Shown piece by piece: positions 29,728 to 38,782 of a stretch of 64,000 nt of DNA. This DNA is from Candidatus Latescibacterota bacterium (GTDB lineage Bacteria > Latescibacterota > UBA2968 > UBA8231): assembly GCA_965206595.1 (NCBI GenBank), contig OZ242214.1:1184001-1248000 (forward strand), written 5' to 3'. The number at the start of each line of letters is the position of its first letter. The first letter of the stretch is position 1. The notes beneath the pieces are model-generated. The model was not told the DNA's origin. It did not search any database and worked only from the letters and a program-made list of their open reading frames with translations. Position numbers and translations under genes: made by a program.

Positions 29728-32535
29728 TTGAAGTCTCGCCTGTTCGACATAGTCCTCACTGTGACTGCGCTGTCCTCGGGCGCTGCCGAGGCAGAGGATT
29801 ACGGCTCCCGACTCGGGGTGGCGCGGGGAGGCGATGTGAACTTCCAGCCCAGGGGATCGGGGGTGATGTTCGGCGCTCTGGATCCCACCGTCAGGCGCTG
29901 GTACGTGCCTCAGGAGCTGTATCACGAATACCAGTGGCGACATTGGGAGTACAGCAACTACGCCAGGGTAGGGTACGAGCGCTACGTCGATACCAGGATC
30001 GCGGGAGACTACTTCTACGACAACTTCGGCGATTTCATCAGCTATGGCTGGCTCATTTACGACTGGCGTCAGGACCAGCCCCAGTCGCAGGGCAGCAGTC
30101 TCTACAAGGACCCCAGATTCACCGAGTGGTTCAGCGACCTGACGGTGAGCGGCGACGCCCGCGGTCAGTACGCCTACGCCGTGACCGTTGGGAAAGAGAT
30201 CCGGACTACGCTGACACCGATGACCTTTTCCAAACCGAGGTTCAACGGTGTTCAGGTCGACTTCGCGGCCGACAAGTACGCCGCCACCGTCCTCGCGTCG
30301 CGCATCACTGACCCCGGCATTGTCAGGACCCAGACCCCCTCCGTTGCAAGCAGCCACACCAGTCTCATCGGCGGGCGGGCGACCGTTCAGATCGGCGACT
30401 TCATCACCCTGGGGAGCACCCTGGTTGGCGCCAGGAACTCGAATCCGGCTCTCGACATGTTCGACGGCAATTTCATCGCCGGCAACCTGACGGCTGGCCA
30501 GAGCAGGAAGCCCGTCACCGTGGTCGCTGTCGTCTTGAGCGATGACAGCCCCAAGGACGGCGAGGGAGGGGCAGCGCTCTTCGGCCACGATCTGCGTATC
30601 AGGACCAGGGACTTCGAAACCGGGGAGGAAACCGTCCACACCCTCGCCGAGGTCGTGCGCGCGGGCGCGGAATGGCCTGCCGTGTTCGGGGGATTCGTCA
30701 AGGAGGGGTTCCTGGCGGCCGATGGCGTCGAGCGGATCACCCTGAACTACGACTTCAATGACGCGGCCTACATCGGTCCGGACCTGACGAGCATCATCGC
30801 AGTGGAGTTCGACTACATCCTGGCCAACGACTACAGAATCGACATGTGGTCGAACAGGCAGACCGGCCTGAATGGCGAGGAAGATGTACCCTTGCCGCCT
30901 CTGACGAGTGAAGTCTTCGAGCAGCAATCGCCGGTGCTGCTTCCCGTGGAGCGGGCCGAGGGGAACATCAAGGACATCTCCAACGTGCGGGTCGTGCGCT
31001 TCGAATACGGTCTGCCCACGGCCAACCTGGTGGGCGGATTCACGATCGAGGGCAAGAACCTGCTGGGCTTCGACTTCTACGGCGAGTGGGACCGGAACAT
31101 CAGGTACTCCCAGTACCCCAACGCCTCCCGCTTCGCGGCCAATCGGGGACACGAGATCTCCTCACGCAGCGCCGATGCGGCGCTGCTCTCGGTCTCGAGA
31201 CAGGGCTATCCCTACTTCGCCTACGGCGAGCTCTACTCGGTGGCGGAGGATTACTCCACGAGCGCTTTCGTCTCCGACGATGAGGGGGAATTCCAGTACG
31301 ACGTCCCTGCCAACGCGCTCTACGAGTTCGTCGACGACAACGACGACCAGGACCGCCTCCCCGACTGGGCCCGAGCGGGCGCCTCGTTCGTGGACCCGGA
31401 GATCTTCCCCGGCTGGGACGAGAACAACGACTTCATCTCCGACTTCAACCAGAACGACAACACCTCGGTGCCCAACACGATTCCGGACTACGAGGAGCCC
31501 TTCCTCAGACATCACGTAGATCGGCCCGAATTCCTGTTCGGCATCGACCTGAACAACAACGGCTACATCGACCGCTTCGAAGACGACAATCTGCCCGACT
31601 ACCCCTACAAGGCCGACCGCAAGGGGTACAATGTCTTCGGGGGATCACACCTCACGCCGGATGCGCGCATTTTCGTGGGGCACCTCGATGAGGAGATGTT
31701 CTCCGACGACCGCCGCAACCGGACCACTTACGCCATGTTCACCTACAACAGGGACTTCCCTTCGTGGGGGCGGCTGTGGGTCTTCGACATGCTCAAACGC
31801 GTCGAGGACACGATCCCCGAGGATCGGCGGGCGCCGTCACCTTTTCGAAACGCCCCGATCCAGCCCCTCGTCGAGGACATCCTTCCCGCACCGGAGACGT
31901 GGGTGAACACCGCCTGGCTGGGGCTCGACTACACCGCAGTTCCGCGTCTCGAGATCAACAACAAGCTCAAGTACCGGATCTACAACCAGGCGGCCGACGA
32001 CCCGCGCGACATCGACGGGCGGCCGCTGGAGGACGCATCCGTCCTTTTCGGTCTTATCAACAAGGCTGAGTACGGTCTGCCGCTGGGCAGACTCAGCGTG
32101 ACGCCCAGACTCAAGAGTGAGCTCCTGCTCCAGGACGCGTTTGCCCGAGCAGACGAGCCCCGCGAGCACTGGATGGGGCTGGCGGCGCTCGTGTTCCAGT
32201 TTCCCGTGCTGCGGCGGTCACAGTTCACGGCCGGGCTCGAGCTGGCGCAGTTTCACGATCTCGTCCTCGACGAAGAGGACGTCATCAGGCGGGCCGAGCT
32301 GGGGGAAGCGGTCGAGGTCGGCGAGACCCGGGACTTCCGCTCCGCCACCTTTGCCATCCAGTTGTCGAACCGATCCCAGTACCAGGGATTTCACCTCACC
32401 ACGCAGCTCGGCTTCCGGGTCGGCCGCACCTCGAACGAGTTGATCGAGCGGATTGAGCCGGGCCGGTTCGAGCGAGACAGCGAAGGCTTCACGGAGACGG
32501 TGAGCTTCATCACCCTTTACGCCGGGACCGAGTGA
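29728..32535 (+). CDS. Uncharacterised putative outer-membrane beta-barrel protein (paralog 3)
   Basis: GAGGA RBS before TTG 29728; closely similar to 19151..21991 along its length; ends FITLYAGTE. Confidence 0.78.
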   Translation: MKSRLFDIVLTVTALSSGAAEAEDYGSRLGVARGGDVNFQPRGSGVMFGALDPTVRRWYVPQELYHEYQWRHWEYSNYARVGYERYVDTRIAGDYFYDNFGDFISYGWLIYDWRQDQPQSQGSSLYKDPRFTEWFSDLTVSGDARGQYAYAVTVGKEIRTTLTPMTFSKPRFNGVQVDFAADKYAATVLASRITDPGIVRTQTPSVASSHTSLIGGRATVQIGDFITLGSTLVGARNSNPALDMFDGNFIAGNLTAGQSRKPVTVVAVVLSDDSPKDGEGGAALFGHDLRIRTRDFETGEETVHTLAEVVRAGAEWPAVFGGFVKEGFLAADGVERITLNYDFNDAAYIGPDLTSIIAVEFDYILANDYRIDMWSNRQTGLNGEEDVPLPPLTSEVFEQQSPVLLPVERAEGNIKDISNVRVVRFEYGLPTANLVGGFTIEGKNLLGFDFYGEWDRNIRYSQYPNASRFAANRGHEISSRSADAALLSVSRQGYPYFAYGELYSVAEDYSTSAFVSDDEGEFQYDVPANALYEFVDDNDDQDRLPDWARAGASFVDPEIFPGWDENNDFISDFNQNDNTSVPNTIPDYEEPFLRHHVDRPEFLFGIDLNNNGYIDRFEDDNLPDYPYKADRKGYNVFGGSHLTPDARIFVGHLDEEMFSDDRRNRTTYAMFTYNRDFPSWGRLWVFDMLKRVEDTIPEDRRAPSPFRNAPIQPLVEDILPAPETWVNTAWLGLDYTAVPRLEINNKLKYRIYNQAADDPRDIDGRPLEDASVLFGLINKAEYGLPLGRLSVTPRLKSELLLQDAFARADEPREHWMGLAALVFQFPVLRRSQFTAGLELAQFHDLVLDEEDVIRRAELGEAVEVGETRDFRSATFAIQLSNRSQYQGFHLTTQLGFRVGRTSNELIERIEPGRFERDSEGFTETVSFITLYAGTE

Positions 32536-32617
32536 CTTTTTTGGGGGAATGGGGGGAATGGGATGGTGTGTACATGTTGGTATATTAAGTGAGGCCCCTT
32601 ACAGGGGGGTTCCCGCG

Positions 32618-34672
32618 ATGATGAGAATTCCCAACCTCGCCTGTCTGCTGTGCGCCTTCGGCGTGCTGTCCCTCGGTGTACCTCGACCGTCCTCCGCCCT
32701 CGACATCTACCGCATAGGTGGCGCGAATCTCGATGCCCCCGAGCAGTGCGGCGATGTGAACGTGACCTGCCATTTCCTGGAATGGGACGATGTCGTCGAT
32801 GCCGAGAAATTCGGCAGCGCTCACCTCGTGGCGCCGACGCCGGACTTCCTGCAGCCCGAACAGCTCGACCCGAGTGTCAACCTCACTCCCCTCATCCGGG
32901 AGCGGGGAGGATCCATCAGGGTCATGGACCACATCGGCCACTGGTCTGAAGCTCCGGACCTCGATCTCATGTTCGACGGCGACTACGAGACGGCCTACAC
33001 GGGACTCGGGATCTGGTTCCAGCTGTTTTGCGGGAACTGGGATGCCGTGCAGGCCGATTTGAGCGGGCTCCCCGTTACGAGCCCAGAGCGTTCGGACAGG
33101 TGCAGGGCGATCTGGATCCAATTCGGGGAAGAGACGCCGTCTCCCCTGCCGATCAACCGGATCGTCATGCAGCCGTCGCAGACTTTTTTCAACGAGCGCT
33201 TCATCCCCGCCCTCCGCCTGGGCACGAACGATGGTGGGTTCGGCACGGCCGGCGCGCACGACGGGCACGTGGAATGGCGCGGCGGAGCTCGCCTCTATTT
33301 CGACGTGCGCTACGACATCAGGGAGAACACGACGCCCCTTCTCGACCTGAAGCTACCGGACGAACCGGTCGCCGGAATCCTCTTCCAGGCCGTGAACAAC
33401 CTGCCGTGGGAGATCGCCGAGTTGGAGATCTACGCAGACGGGTTCGCCTCGCAGGCGAACTACACTACCCAGCTCATCCCCCTGGGCTGCGACGGCGCCG
33501 ACCTGCTGGACTGCACGCCGGACCACCTGTCGAGCCTGGGTGAGCTGACCTGGGGCGGCGAGATCCCGGAGGGCGCACGGCTGGACCTGTCCATGCGCAG
33601 CGGCGGAGACGACGACCCCAACATTTACTGGCGCAAGACGTTTCGAGGAGACGAGCGCACTGCGCTGGACGCCGCCGGGCGACCGCTGACGCGCAGGGCC
33701 TACGAAAGGCTGGAAGGGGGGGAGAAGGCCGGCACCAGTCCCGATCAACAGAACTGGGAGTTCTGGACGCCGCCGCTCGATTTTGAGACTCGTCGCGCCG
33801 ATCTGGTGGGTGACAGACCGCACGCGTTCGTGCAGTTGCAGGCCGACTTCAGCTCTTCGAAGGCGCAGGCAGGGGCGCGGCTCGACTTTCTGCAGTTCGC
33901 CGTGTCGACGCCGCCGGCGGCCTCACAGGTGGTGGCCGAGATCGAGCCGCAGCAGGTGCCGCTCGCCGAACTGACCCGATTCACCTACAAGCTGCGGCCG
34001 GACATCGGCGAGCGGGATCTGGGGTTCGATACCATCGAGATCGAGACGCCGGTGGCGCCGGCGAGCGTCGATGAGGTTCGTATCGGGCTCGATACGTTGC
34101 GCGCCGGCGAGTTCGGCGTCGATTCCCACGACGGCGAACGGTTTGCGGTGCAGATTCCGCGCATCGGTCCGGTTCAGAGTGGCGATCTGATCGAGGTGGT
34201 ATTCCAGTCCGAGGTGTTCAAGGTGGGTACCGTCTTTTCCGCCCGCGTCTTCGCCAGCGATCGGCCGCACGAGGTGCATCAGCGGGTGACGGCCGGAGAC
34301 GCCGATCCGCTCGCGGACAGCAACTCCCTGACGGTACATCCGGCGCAGATCGGGAAAGCTGTGATCCGTGCGTTCCGGGTCTCTCCGTTCACGCCCAACG
34401 GGGATGGCATCAACGACGTGCTTCAAGTCGAGTACGATCTGGTCAACGTGGCCGGGCAAGTGCCGGCCGCGCTGGGAGTGTTCGATCTGTCGGGCTCGCG
34501 GATCGCCAGCGTTCTCCTTCCCGCCGCCGGCAGTGGTCGCTTTCCGGCCGCCTGGGACGGCACCGACGACGGCAACGATCTGGTGCCGCCCGGTCTGTAC
34601 CTGCTTCGGCTCGAGGTAGAAACCGATCGCGGTTCGGAGACGGCCCTCGCTGCGGTGCCGGTGGTCTACTAG
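32618..34672 (+). CDS. Secreted FlgD-Ig/CHU_C-like CTD protein (paralog 2)
   Basis: Signal peptide; FDGDYET; IAELEIYADGF; FTPNGDGIND...FDLSG...WDGTDD...LVPPGLY. Confidence 0.85.
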   Translation: MMRIPNLACLLCAFGVLSLGVPRPSSALDIYRIGGANLDAPEQCGDVNVTCHFLEWDDVVDAEKFGSAHLVAPTPDFLQPEQLDPSVNLTPLIRERGGSIRVMDHIGHWSEAPDLDLMFDGDYETAYTGLGIWFQLFCGNWDAVQADLSGLPVTSPERSDRCRAIWIQFGEETPSPLPINRIVMQPSQTFFNERFIPALRLGTNDGGFGTAGAHDGHVEWRGGARLYFDVRYDIRENTTPLLDLKLPDEPVAGILFQAVNNLPWEIAELEIYADGFASQANYTTQLIPLGCDGADLLDCTPDHLSSLGELTWGGEIPEGARLDLSMRSGGDDDPNIYWRKTFRGDERTALDAAGRPLTRRAYERLEGGEKAGTSPDQQNWEFWTPPLDFETRRADLVGDRPHAFVQLQADFSSSKAQAGARLDFLQFAVSTPPAASQVVAEIEPQQVPLAELTRFTYKLRPDIGERDLGFDTIEIETPVAPASVDEVRIGLDTLRAGEFGVDSHDGERFAVQIPRIGPVQSGDLIEVVFQSEVFKVGTVFSARVFASDRPHEVHQRVTAGDADPLADSNSLTVHPAQIGKAVIRAFRVSPFTPNGDGINDVLQVEYDLVNVAGQVPAALGVFDLSGSRIASVLLPAAGSGRFPAAWDGTDDGNDLVPPGLYLLRLEVETDRGSETALAAVPVVY

Positions 34673-34677
34673 GAGCG

Positions 34678-37407
34678 ATGGCAATGGTGAGACGATTCGC
34701 CGTGAGTGGTTCCCTTCTGCTGGCGTTGACGGTCGGCGCCCACGGCCAGGACGGACACGACATCCGCGCCAATCAGGTCGTCATCTCCGATGAGGAGCAC
34801 TGGCAGCAATGGCGCTTCCCCGAGGGCACGGTGGACGTGCTCCCGGCAGGCGCAGTGGGGCCTCATTTCTGGAGCAAGGGGACGAGCGTCGCCACAGAGC
34901 ACGATATTGTGCAGAACCTTCGCAGGAATCCGCCCGAGTACCTCTCCAGGAAGGCGCCGGAGGAGTTCGAGCTCCTCGACGCCATCGATGCGGGGTCGAA
35001 TCACCGCGCAACGGCGAATCTCTTCGACGGCGACCCGAGCACCTACTGGGAGCCCTCCTTTCCCGATGACGAGACCATCGATCCGGCATCTCAGGCGTGG
35101 TTTACCGTCGATCTGGGCAAGATCGTCATGGCCGAGAAGATCGTGCTCAAGTTCGTGGACGAGGATCTGGGTGACCCCTTCCTTCTATTCGATGTTTTGA
35201 CGTCGGACGGACAGACGCCCACAGCAGCGCAAGGCGCCGAGAGCCTGGAGTTCGCGCGCGTGCACACGACCCTCGAGCCGAACAAGAGCCAGCGCCAGTT
35301 CGAGATCGATATGTCCCAGTTCAGACGCGTCGACACGGTGGAGAGATGGTGGGCCTTCGAGACCTTTGCAGAGCAACAGGGCTGGCACCCCTCGTTTGCT
35401 GAGGTGACACAGGATCCGGAAGTGCGCAAACGCCTGGTTCGCCACGTGCAGGTCGTCGTTTACGGAAGCGCCTTCAGGCGGGGCCGCCAGGTGAGCGAGG
35501 CGATCTACGATTCGGTGCGGGTGAATGCGCCCCGGGATACGGGGATGGTAGAGTACGTGAAGAAGCTCCTACCGAGTGGAGAGCGGGCGGTCTCGAAGGA
35601 CGTGTGGGAGGAGTTGCCGTCTCACCGGCAGGGACCGGTTCGATACTGGCTCCGCGAACGTCCCAGGCTGGCGGAGCTGGAGGTCTGGTCCAAGGGGGAC
35701 GACATCTTCGAGGGCTTCGCGAGAAGATGCCAGGAGCCGCCGTGCCTGACGTGGACGCTTCCCAATGTGCTCAAACCGCCGGCCACGCTCATCGACGGCG
35801 ATCTGTCGAGTCATCAGAACCTCTCCCTTTATATCGGCCAGACCCCTGATTGGTACAACATGCGTGTCGATCTGGGCTCTCTGTTCTGGGTCGACGGCTA
35901 CCGCCACATGATTCAGTTCCGGGGAACGCCGCACGCCCGCACCCTGCCGGAGTGGGGGCTCGACTTCTCCGACGGCACCCGCGAAGTGGACGGCAGTCTG
36001 AAATGGGACAGGAAGCTCTTCGACGAGACGCCTTTCACGCGATCGCGCATCATCGCCCTCGACGAGGTCGACTTCGAGCCGATCAAGGCCCGTTACATGA
36101 GACTGGAATGGCTCATGCACCCGGAGGGCACGGCGGCTCTCACCGTCAACCTGGCGGAGGTCCAGGTCTTCGGGGAGGGCTACCAACCCGAGGTGACACT
36201 TACTTCTGACCTCATCCGGCTGAGAGGGAACCGCAACCTCTTTGCCATCGAGTGGGATGCCGACACACCCCTTGGCACCGAGGTGGCCCTGCAGACGCGG
36301 ACGGGCGCCAGGCTCGATACGGTGTTCCACTACTTCCGCATCGTCGGCGAAGACACCCTCGAGATCGTCAGGGAGACCGAGGAGGAGGCCAAGAAGGCGT
36401 ACGACAAACTCCGGCTCGGAAAAGGGCCGATCGTGCCCGAGCTGGTCGCCGCCGGTGACTGGGAGCCGTGGAGCGAGCCGTACACCGATCCGGAGGGAAG
36501 CGCCATCACCTCGCCCTCGCCGCGGGAGTACCTGCTCGTCAGGGCGACCCTGCGGTCAGACGATCCCCATACTCGAGCTACGCTCAAGAGCATCCGTCTC
36601 AGCTTCGACAGTCCGGTGGCCCGACGGCTGGTCGGCGAGCTGACACCGGGATTGGTCGAGCTCATGGGAGAGGCCCGACCCTACATTCTCGAGGTAGCGG
36701 TCGACAACCTGACAGCCGGATTCGACGAGCTTCTCGTGAGGCCGCCGGCGGGGATGCAGCTCACCTACGGGACGCTCTACGCCGGCGAGGAGCCGGAGCT
36801 GGCCGAGGCGGCCGATATGAGCGGGCTCGCCCTGTCCGGTGTCGAGACGCTGGCCGAAGGGGACAGTCTCCATCTCAGCTTCCCCGCCATCGAGCGCTCC
36901 GACGACGTGGAGAAGATCAGGCTGGAGTTCACCGGCACTCTGTTCTCGGCCGGCGGGCGCCTGCATGCCAGCCTGCGCCGCAGCGAAAGCGGACAGGGGG
37001 CCTGGCAGCGGGTAGACGAGAAGGTTCCCCGCTCCTCTCTCATGGTACTGGCTACGACGCAGAGTAACGATCTGTTCAAGGACTTGACGATCGATCCGCC
37101 GGTCCTGACGCCGAATGGGGACGGCGTGAATGAAGAATTGACCCTGGCCTTCACCGTCCTGCTGGCTGCTCCCAACACGGCGGTCAAAGCGGAGATCTTT
37201 GATCTGAGCGGGCGGCTTGTGGCTCGCCGCGTCGAGGTGCGCGAGGTGAGCGCAGGGCCTCTCGAGATCACCTGGGATGGACGTGACCAGCAGGGAGCAC
37301 TCGTGCCGCCCGGGGTGTATGCCGTGAGGCTCGGCGTCGATGGTGACACCGGTGATACCGCGCTGACCAGCCTGGAGCTCCTGCGCACCATCGCCGTGGC
37401 CTACTGA
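34678..37407 (+). CDS. Secreted discoidin-like + FlgD-Ig/CHU_C-like CTD protein (paralog 3)
   Basis: Signal peptide; LFDGDPSTYW...VDLG; LTPNGDGVNE...IFDLSGRLV...WDGRDQQGALVPPGVY. Confidence 0.85.
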   Translation: MAMVRRFAVSGSLLLALTVGAHGQDGHDIRANQVVISDEEHWQQWRFPEGTVDVLPAGAVGPHFWSKGTSVATEHDIVQNLRRNPPEYLSRKAPEEFELLDAIDAGSNHRATANLFDGDPSTYWEPSFPDDETIDPASQAWFTVDLGKIVMAEKIVLKFVDEDLGDPFLLFDVLTSDGQTPTAAQGAESLEFARVHTTLEPNKSQRQFEIDMSQFRRVDTVERWWAFETFAEQQGWHPSFAEVTQDPEVRKRLVRHVQVVVYGSAFRRGRQVSEAIYDSVRVNAPRDTGMVEYVKKLLPSGERAVSKDVWEELPSHRQGPVRYWLRERPRLAELEVWSKGDDIFEGFARRCQEPPCLTWTLPNVLKPPATLIDGDLSSHQNLSLYIGQTPDWYNMRVDLGSLFWVDGYRHMIQFRGTPHARTLPEWGLDFSDGTREVDGSLKWDRKLFDETPFTRSRIIALDEVDFEPIKARYMRLEWLMHPEGTAALTVNLAEVQVFGEGYQPEVTLTSDLIRLRGNRNLFAIEWDADTPLGTEVALQTRTGARLDTVFHYFRIVGEDTLEIVRETEEEAKKAYDKLRLGKGPIVPELVAAGDWEPWSEPYTDPEGSAITSPSPREYLLVRATLRSDDPHTRATLKSIRLSFDSPVARRLVGELTPGLVELMGEARPYILEVAVDNLTAGFDELLVRPPAGMQLTYGTLYAGEEPELAEAADMSGLALSGVETLAEGDSLHLSFPAIERSDDVEKIRLEFTGTLFSAGGRLHASLRRSESGQGAWQRVDEKVPRSSLMVLATTQSNDLFKDLTIDPPVLTPNGDGVNEELTLAFTVLLAAPNTAVKAEIFDLSGRLVARRVEVREVSAGPLEITWDGRDQQGALVPPGVYAVRLGVDGDTGDTALTSLELLRTIAVAY

Positions 37408-37597
37408 ACCCGAAAAAGCCGCCACACATGCCCTCGGCGCTCGTCACCCCCGACGGGCGCGGTATGCCCATGCGACGATTGCTCACATCGAGCGCCATCC
37501 CGCTCGGGCGAAGCCGTCGCAGCCTGTCCGACGAAATGCGCAAATCGCCGTCGGGATGTGTCGGCGCTGGCTGCTGCCTTCTCGGCGGAGCACAATC

Positions 37598-38676
37598 ATG
37601 GACAACCCCCGTGGGAACTGGAGCGGAGGAGCCGGGGACGGCAAGACCGCACTCGAGCATGATATTCGCTGCGGCGGCGCCCTACTCAATCAGGAGAGCG
37701 GAGACTGGCCGGCCTACTTTGCGGTCAGCTCCCCCAGCGCCTACAACGCCGCCCGCCCTCACCTGGCCCGAGAGCCCGCAGGGGTCGAATACGCTCGGTT
37801 GTTGGACTGGACCCACCTTCAAAAAATCGCTGACGAGGTACCAGACAAAGTTGGGCTCATCGTCGGGATCGGAGGGGGGATAGCCCTCGACGCGTCCAAG
37901 TACGTCGCGCTGAAGAAGGGGATGCCGCTGGTGCTGGTCCCGATGATCGTCTCGACCGGCGCTATCATCCACAGCATTTTCGCCAAGTGGGACGGCCACA
38001 AGACCATCGGCCCCAGCAGCACGTGGCCCTGGATCGACTTTGACCATGTCGTAATCGACTGCGATCTCGTGCTGCAGGCCCCCTACTATCTGAACACCGC
38101 GGGGCTCGGCGACGTGCTCTGCGGATACGCCGGATTCTGTGAATGGCGGCGGAGCACCAGGCTCGGCATCGGTGAGCCCTTTGATGAGTCTGCCATCGCC
38201 GTTACTTCTGAGTATTCCACCATATCGCCACGGAGTTCCCCGCGACCCTGAACTCGGACGGAGACCTGACGGCGGACAGCATTCGCCTGAATGTGAAAGC
38301 CGTCCAGGACCGGGACGGGAAAAGCCTCCGGCACCCGGCAGCTCCAGCCTCCGATCATGCCCTTTGGCTTGGCGCAGAGGAAGTCAACGGCAGGAGCTGG
38401 ATCCACGGCGAGTTTGTCGCTTTTGCAGCGGTCGTCGTCGCATGGCACTGCGAAGACGACACCGAAACGATCACAGGTTGGCTCGACGTGTGCAAGGTGC
38501 GCTGGCGCCCCGGTGAGATCGGGGTCAGCAGGGATGAGCTGCGCAAGTCTCTCGAATTTGCTCCCAACTACATGTCCGACGCCACCCGCGAAAACGACAT
38601 GCCCTCGAGCTTGTGGACCGAGCCGATCACCGGCGCTCGGTTCGATGCGCTGTGGGAGTTCCTCGAGAAGGCATAG
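37598..38676 (+). pseudogene. Glycerol-1-phosphate dehydrogenase/iron-ADH superfamily gene, frameshifted near 38215
   Basis: GIGGGIALDASKY, AGLGD, HGE split over ORFs 37556..38251 and 38293..38676. Confidence 0.8.
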
Positions 38677-38782
38677 AGCCATTGCCGCCCGCCCTTGTTC
38701 CTTGACTCAAACAGCCGAAAGTCGGTTGCTATTCCGGTCTCCATCCACAAACCGTGCGACTGGCGCCATCCTGGAGAATTGA

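Noticed and set aside
19538-31152. Long antisense ORFs (19538..20980, 21973..23979, 29347..31152; also 5928..7334, 10709..12352)
   Set aside because: Typical reverse-frame shadows of GC-rich genes, with no recognisable motifs.
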